Assembly (NCBI GenBank): GCA_010015805.1
Contig: ML978124.1
Coordinates: forward strand, 744,001 to 808,000
Origin: Rhizodiscina lignyota
Lineage: Eukaryota
Direction: 5' to 3'
Length of the DNA: 64,000 nt
Below are positions 60,893 through 64,000 of this stretch, piece after piece. Below the pieces are notes generated by a model. The model had not been told where the DNA came from, searched no databases, and saw only the letters and a list, made by a program, of their open reading frames with translations. The first letter of the stretch is position 1, and each line of letters begins with the position of its first letter. A program made the translations under genes and the position numbers.

Positions 60893-62585
60893 TCATCCAA
60901 GGAACCTTCTAACAGCGCCACCTACCCCCTCTAGGTCTAACAAGAATGTATCATGCCCGAAAAGGCTCTTGTCCTCTCCCAGCTCTACATGCGTCACTTG
61001 CCGATTCCCAACTGCTTTCAGAGTATCCGCTACTTCTCTCTGCTGCCATGACGGGAACAAGATGTCACTTGCTACTCCAAGAACCAACGTGGGCGTATTG
61101 ACGAGTGGTGAAAGACCACCAACCAAGTCTGCAGGTGGATATTCACTCTCGGCTGGAGAGGTAGGCGTATCCATGGATTCTAGAGAAGTGCTCTCCTCCT
61201 GCTCCTCGTACGGCTTGTCGGGCAGAATTAGATTGCAATGATCTTGTGCTGTTTGCTCGACCTGGCCCCGACTTTCTCTGAATGCTTGGAGCTTCGATTG
61301 GTTATTTCTCCTGACTTCGGTGATGTTCTTGCGATGCTCCGCGCCCAGGTCAAACAGATCCATCGCTTTGCTAACGTATAGCAGGCTGTTCGCATCATAT
61401 TCGAGACAAAACTTTTCTCCCGCGTGATCCAAATAAGTTTCGATGAGGAAATCCGGGCACAATGCTGGTGGCTTGGACGAATCGGCACGCCGCCTGCCAA
61501 ACCGCTGTTCCCACTCCGGTCCGGATCGATATGTGACGGTAGCAATTTCTCGAGCCAGCTTCATTCCAGAATGCGGAGGAATTCCGTCGTAATAGAAGCC
61601 GCGCCGCCAATTAGGGTCTGTCATTAATACTGCGATCGTTCGTCAGCCAACCCTGTGTATTAAGTTTCTCATTCCACTGCATACCTTGTCGTTGGGTGTG
61701 TCTCATTGCAATGCTATACGGATGGCTCCTCGCACACCCAGATATGCTCACAACTCTTCCTACTCTGTCCGGATAGAGCACTCCCGCCGCCAGACTTTGC
61801 ATTCCGCCCATACTCGCTCCAACGCTCGCGAACAGTTTTTGGATACCAAGCGAGTCGAGCAACCGAAACTGTGCCCGAACCATGTCTTCCATCGTCAATA
61901 TGGGAAACCTCGTCGCATATCTCTCGCCATTGGCTGGGTCAACGGACGAAGGGCCGGTTGATCCAAAGCAGCCTCCAATTACGTTCGTACATATGATGAA
62001 GTATTTATTCGTGTCTAACGCTCCACCGGGCCCTATAAACTTCTCCCACCATCCTTTTTGAGGATTTTCAGGAGTGCTGTGTGCGTGGGAGGAAGCGGAC
62101 AAGCCAGTGTGGAGGAGGATCGCATTGCTACGCTCGGCGTTCAATGTTCCCCATGCTTCGTATGCAACATCATACGAAGGGAGAATACCGCCCCAATCGA
62201 GGAGAAGAGGGTCCGAAGAACGGAATGTGAGATGTTTTCCGGATGTATACGAAGGCTCAGGGCCAGATAATGATCTTCGGGAGAGAGATGCGGAGCGCGA
62301 CTCTACAGCGTCGAGGCATGGAAAGGATAGCGCGGGATTCGTCGAATCCACAGGAGGTTGTGATGGTTCATATTCCACAGCAGCTGCCGCTGCTTGCGCA
62401 TTCCGCGGTGTCTGCTGATGTATTCGTCTCGCCGCTTGGGATGACTTTCGTCTGATGGGGCGGCCGGCGGAGGACGGCGAAGCGATGGTGAAGGGAGCGG
62501 CGGCGGGGCGGGAGTTCTTGGAGGTGGAGCGGACGCATTGCCATGCAGGCCGTAGTATGGGCCCAATCGTCCGTGAGGCGCTCAT
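60893..62585 (-). CDS. cysA: Serine O-succinyl/acetyltransferase of the homoserine O-acetyltransferase (MetX) family, cysA/cys2 type, presequence-like N-terminus (one intron about 61634-61685)
   Basis: [80 protein letters not shown]. Confidence 0.88.
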
Positions 62586-64000
62586 TTTGAAGGCTATAAC
62601 TGGGGTTAAGGTTATTGCATGGTGGTAGGAAATATATGTATCGTGATTGAGGTCGCCGAAGATGACAATTACCCCACGCCGCTTCTAATCAGTGCGTTGA
62701 AAGGCCAATGCACAGCGGCGGGATTGCGTGATTGATGTCCGCTCCACCCTTTTCAACTCTCGGCGGAAGTCAAAGAACAGAGGATTCAATATCAACCCAT
62801 ATATACAACAGACACTTCAAACCATATATTTAATTATACTGGGATCGTACTTCTCAGCGATCACGAGATAGAGCACGCTGCCTGTTTGATCTCCTTGTTC
62901 ATGTCCCACGACGTTGAATCAGTCGACTGTTTTCCATAAAAGGGAATAACTAGGGCGTCTATGTAAGGCGTACTTGTCATATCAACTATCCTGCCATGTC
63001 CCGTGCGAGCCTGAGGAAGAGGGATCTGCAGCGGTTGAACGATTCGGCAACATTGCGTTTGAAAGTCCCAGGCCCTTGCGCAAAGCCTGTGACAGGCGAT
63101 CCTGAGCTGGTTGTTGCTGTACTTTCTCTACCATAACGAGCATCCCGCACAAGGCCATAGCCACTGTGGATATGATCTCCGTTGTGGGAGACTTGACGCC
63201 TCCCATTTACAGTACAATATCCCATAACATCTTGACGGGGCAAGCGTCGCAAGCCTACAAAGCATCACGATGCCGCACGTCAAGAAGTTCCACTTCTCTA
63301 AGCTCGTCGAGTGCTGCTATTGCGCCCATTGATACCTGCTAATTGCATGTGGTAAGTATTGTTTAAGCTCTATGATAAAAGTGTATCGAAACTCGTGGAG
63401 ATTTCCATTTGTGTGAGACCACGGTGGTCGCATAGACCACGACCAAAAAAGGTGCGAATGTCTGAACACGAGGGTTCAGAGACTCAGTGGCTATATATAC
63501 TCTGTCAATCCTAACAAAAGGATTGCAAAGCGTATTTATCCCATTTGTACAGACGCAGGGGTAGGCATGGTGTACGTTGGGGACATCGGCAGCCGTCGCT
63601 GCTTGTGGTTGTCCATTGGGCCCAAGAACTCTAGAACGAGGTCGAAGTGTCGTTCAATAGCTCCGCTGGGTAGTTGGCCAGCCAATGGCCCTCCGCCTCT
63701 CCCTATAAGTGTCAAGGGGCTGCGAATAAGCACCGGTACAGTCGTGTTGCTGTGTGATTCCGGTGCAGAGAAGTAGTCGCTACTTGAACGCTTCTCTGAC
63801 AACGCATTTGAACGCCGCGGGAGTCTCCACGCGAAGCTTGCGACTTGGAGTGGACTTTGAAATCCACGTGAAGAAGACTATACACAGTCCTATCGTTTCA
63901 TATATCGCAGATCGAGCAGGCAATCGTGCTGATTGGCCATAGCAGATATGACAAGTGTACTGGATGGTTGACTGGGCGTAGTGTTGCTCCAGCGAATTGA

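Noticed and set aside
62700..64000. Short ORFs at the right edge of the window
   Set aside because: No coherent gene model could be built; they may belong to a gene extending beyond the window.

Overview
This is a gene-dense 64-kb window from a eukaryotic nuclear genome. Short GT-AG introns with CTRAY branch points and the gene set indicate a filamentous ascomycete (Pezizomycotina); the exact class cannot be determined from sequence alone. About 27 protein genes could be reconstructed by splicing ORF fragments by eye. The housekeeping genes are mitochondrial uL14, RPB9, ESS1/Pin1, BUD4, MRH4, GET1, an ECM9/PTAR1-like gene, ECT1, HAT1, a ZIP/ATX2 transporter, PDA1 and a cysA/cys2-type O-acyltransferase. 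There is also a possible catabolic group (alpha/beta hydrolase, MFS, family III CoA-transferase, acyl-CoA dehydrogenase), a large secreted Ser/Thr/Gly-rich cell-surface protein and several lineage-specific genes. No tRNA, rRNA, CRISPR array or intact transposon was seen. Four observations stand out. (1) The unusually long 529-nt RPB9 intron 2 is open in frame and would encode an alternative CxxC-x5-CxxC plus acidic C-terminus replacing the canonical Rpb9 zinc ribbon. (2) A frameshifted relic of the MRH4 3' end, diverged mostly at synonymous sites, brackets a Cys-rich orphan gene. (3) Several orphan genes share SUMO-interaction-like, SUMO-site-like and acidic-basic C-terminal motifs, and one carries an RFC1-like BRCT domain. 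(4) A small stand-alone locus encodes two Tom1/HUWE1-like UBM repeats. All gene models and homologies are by-eye calls and were not database-verified.
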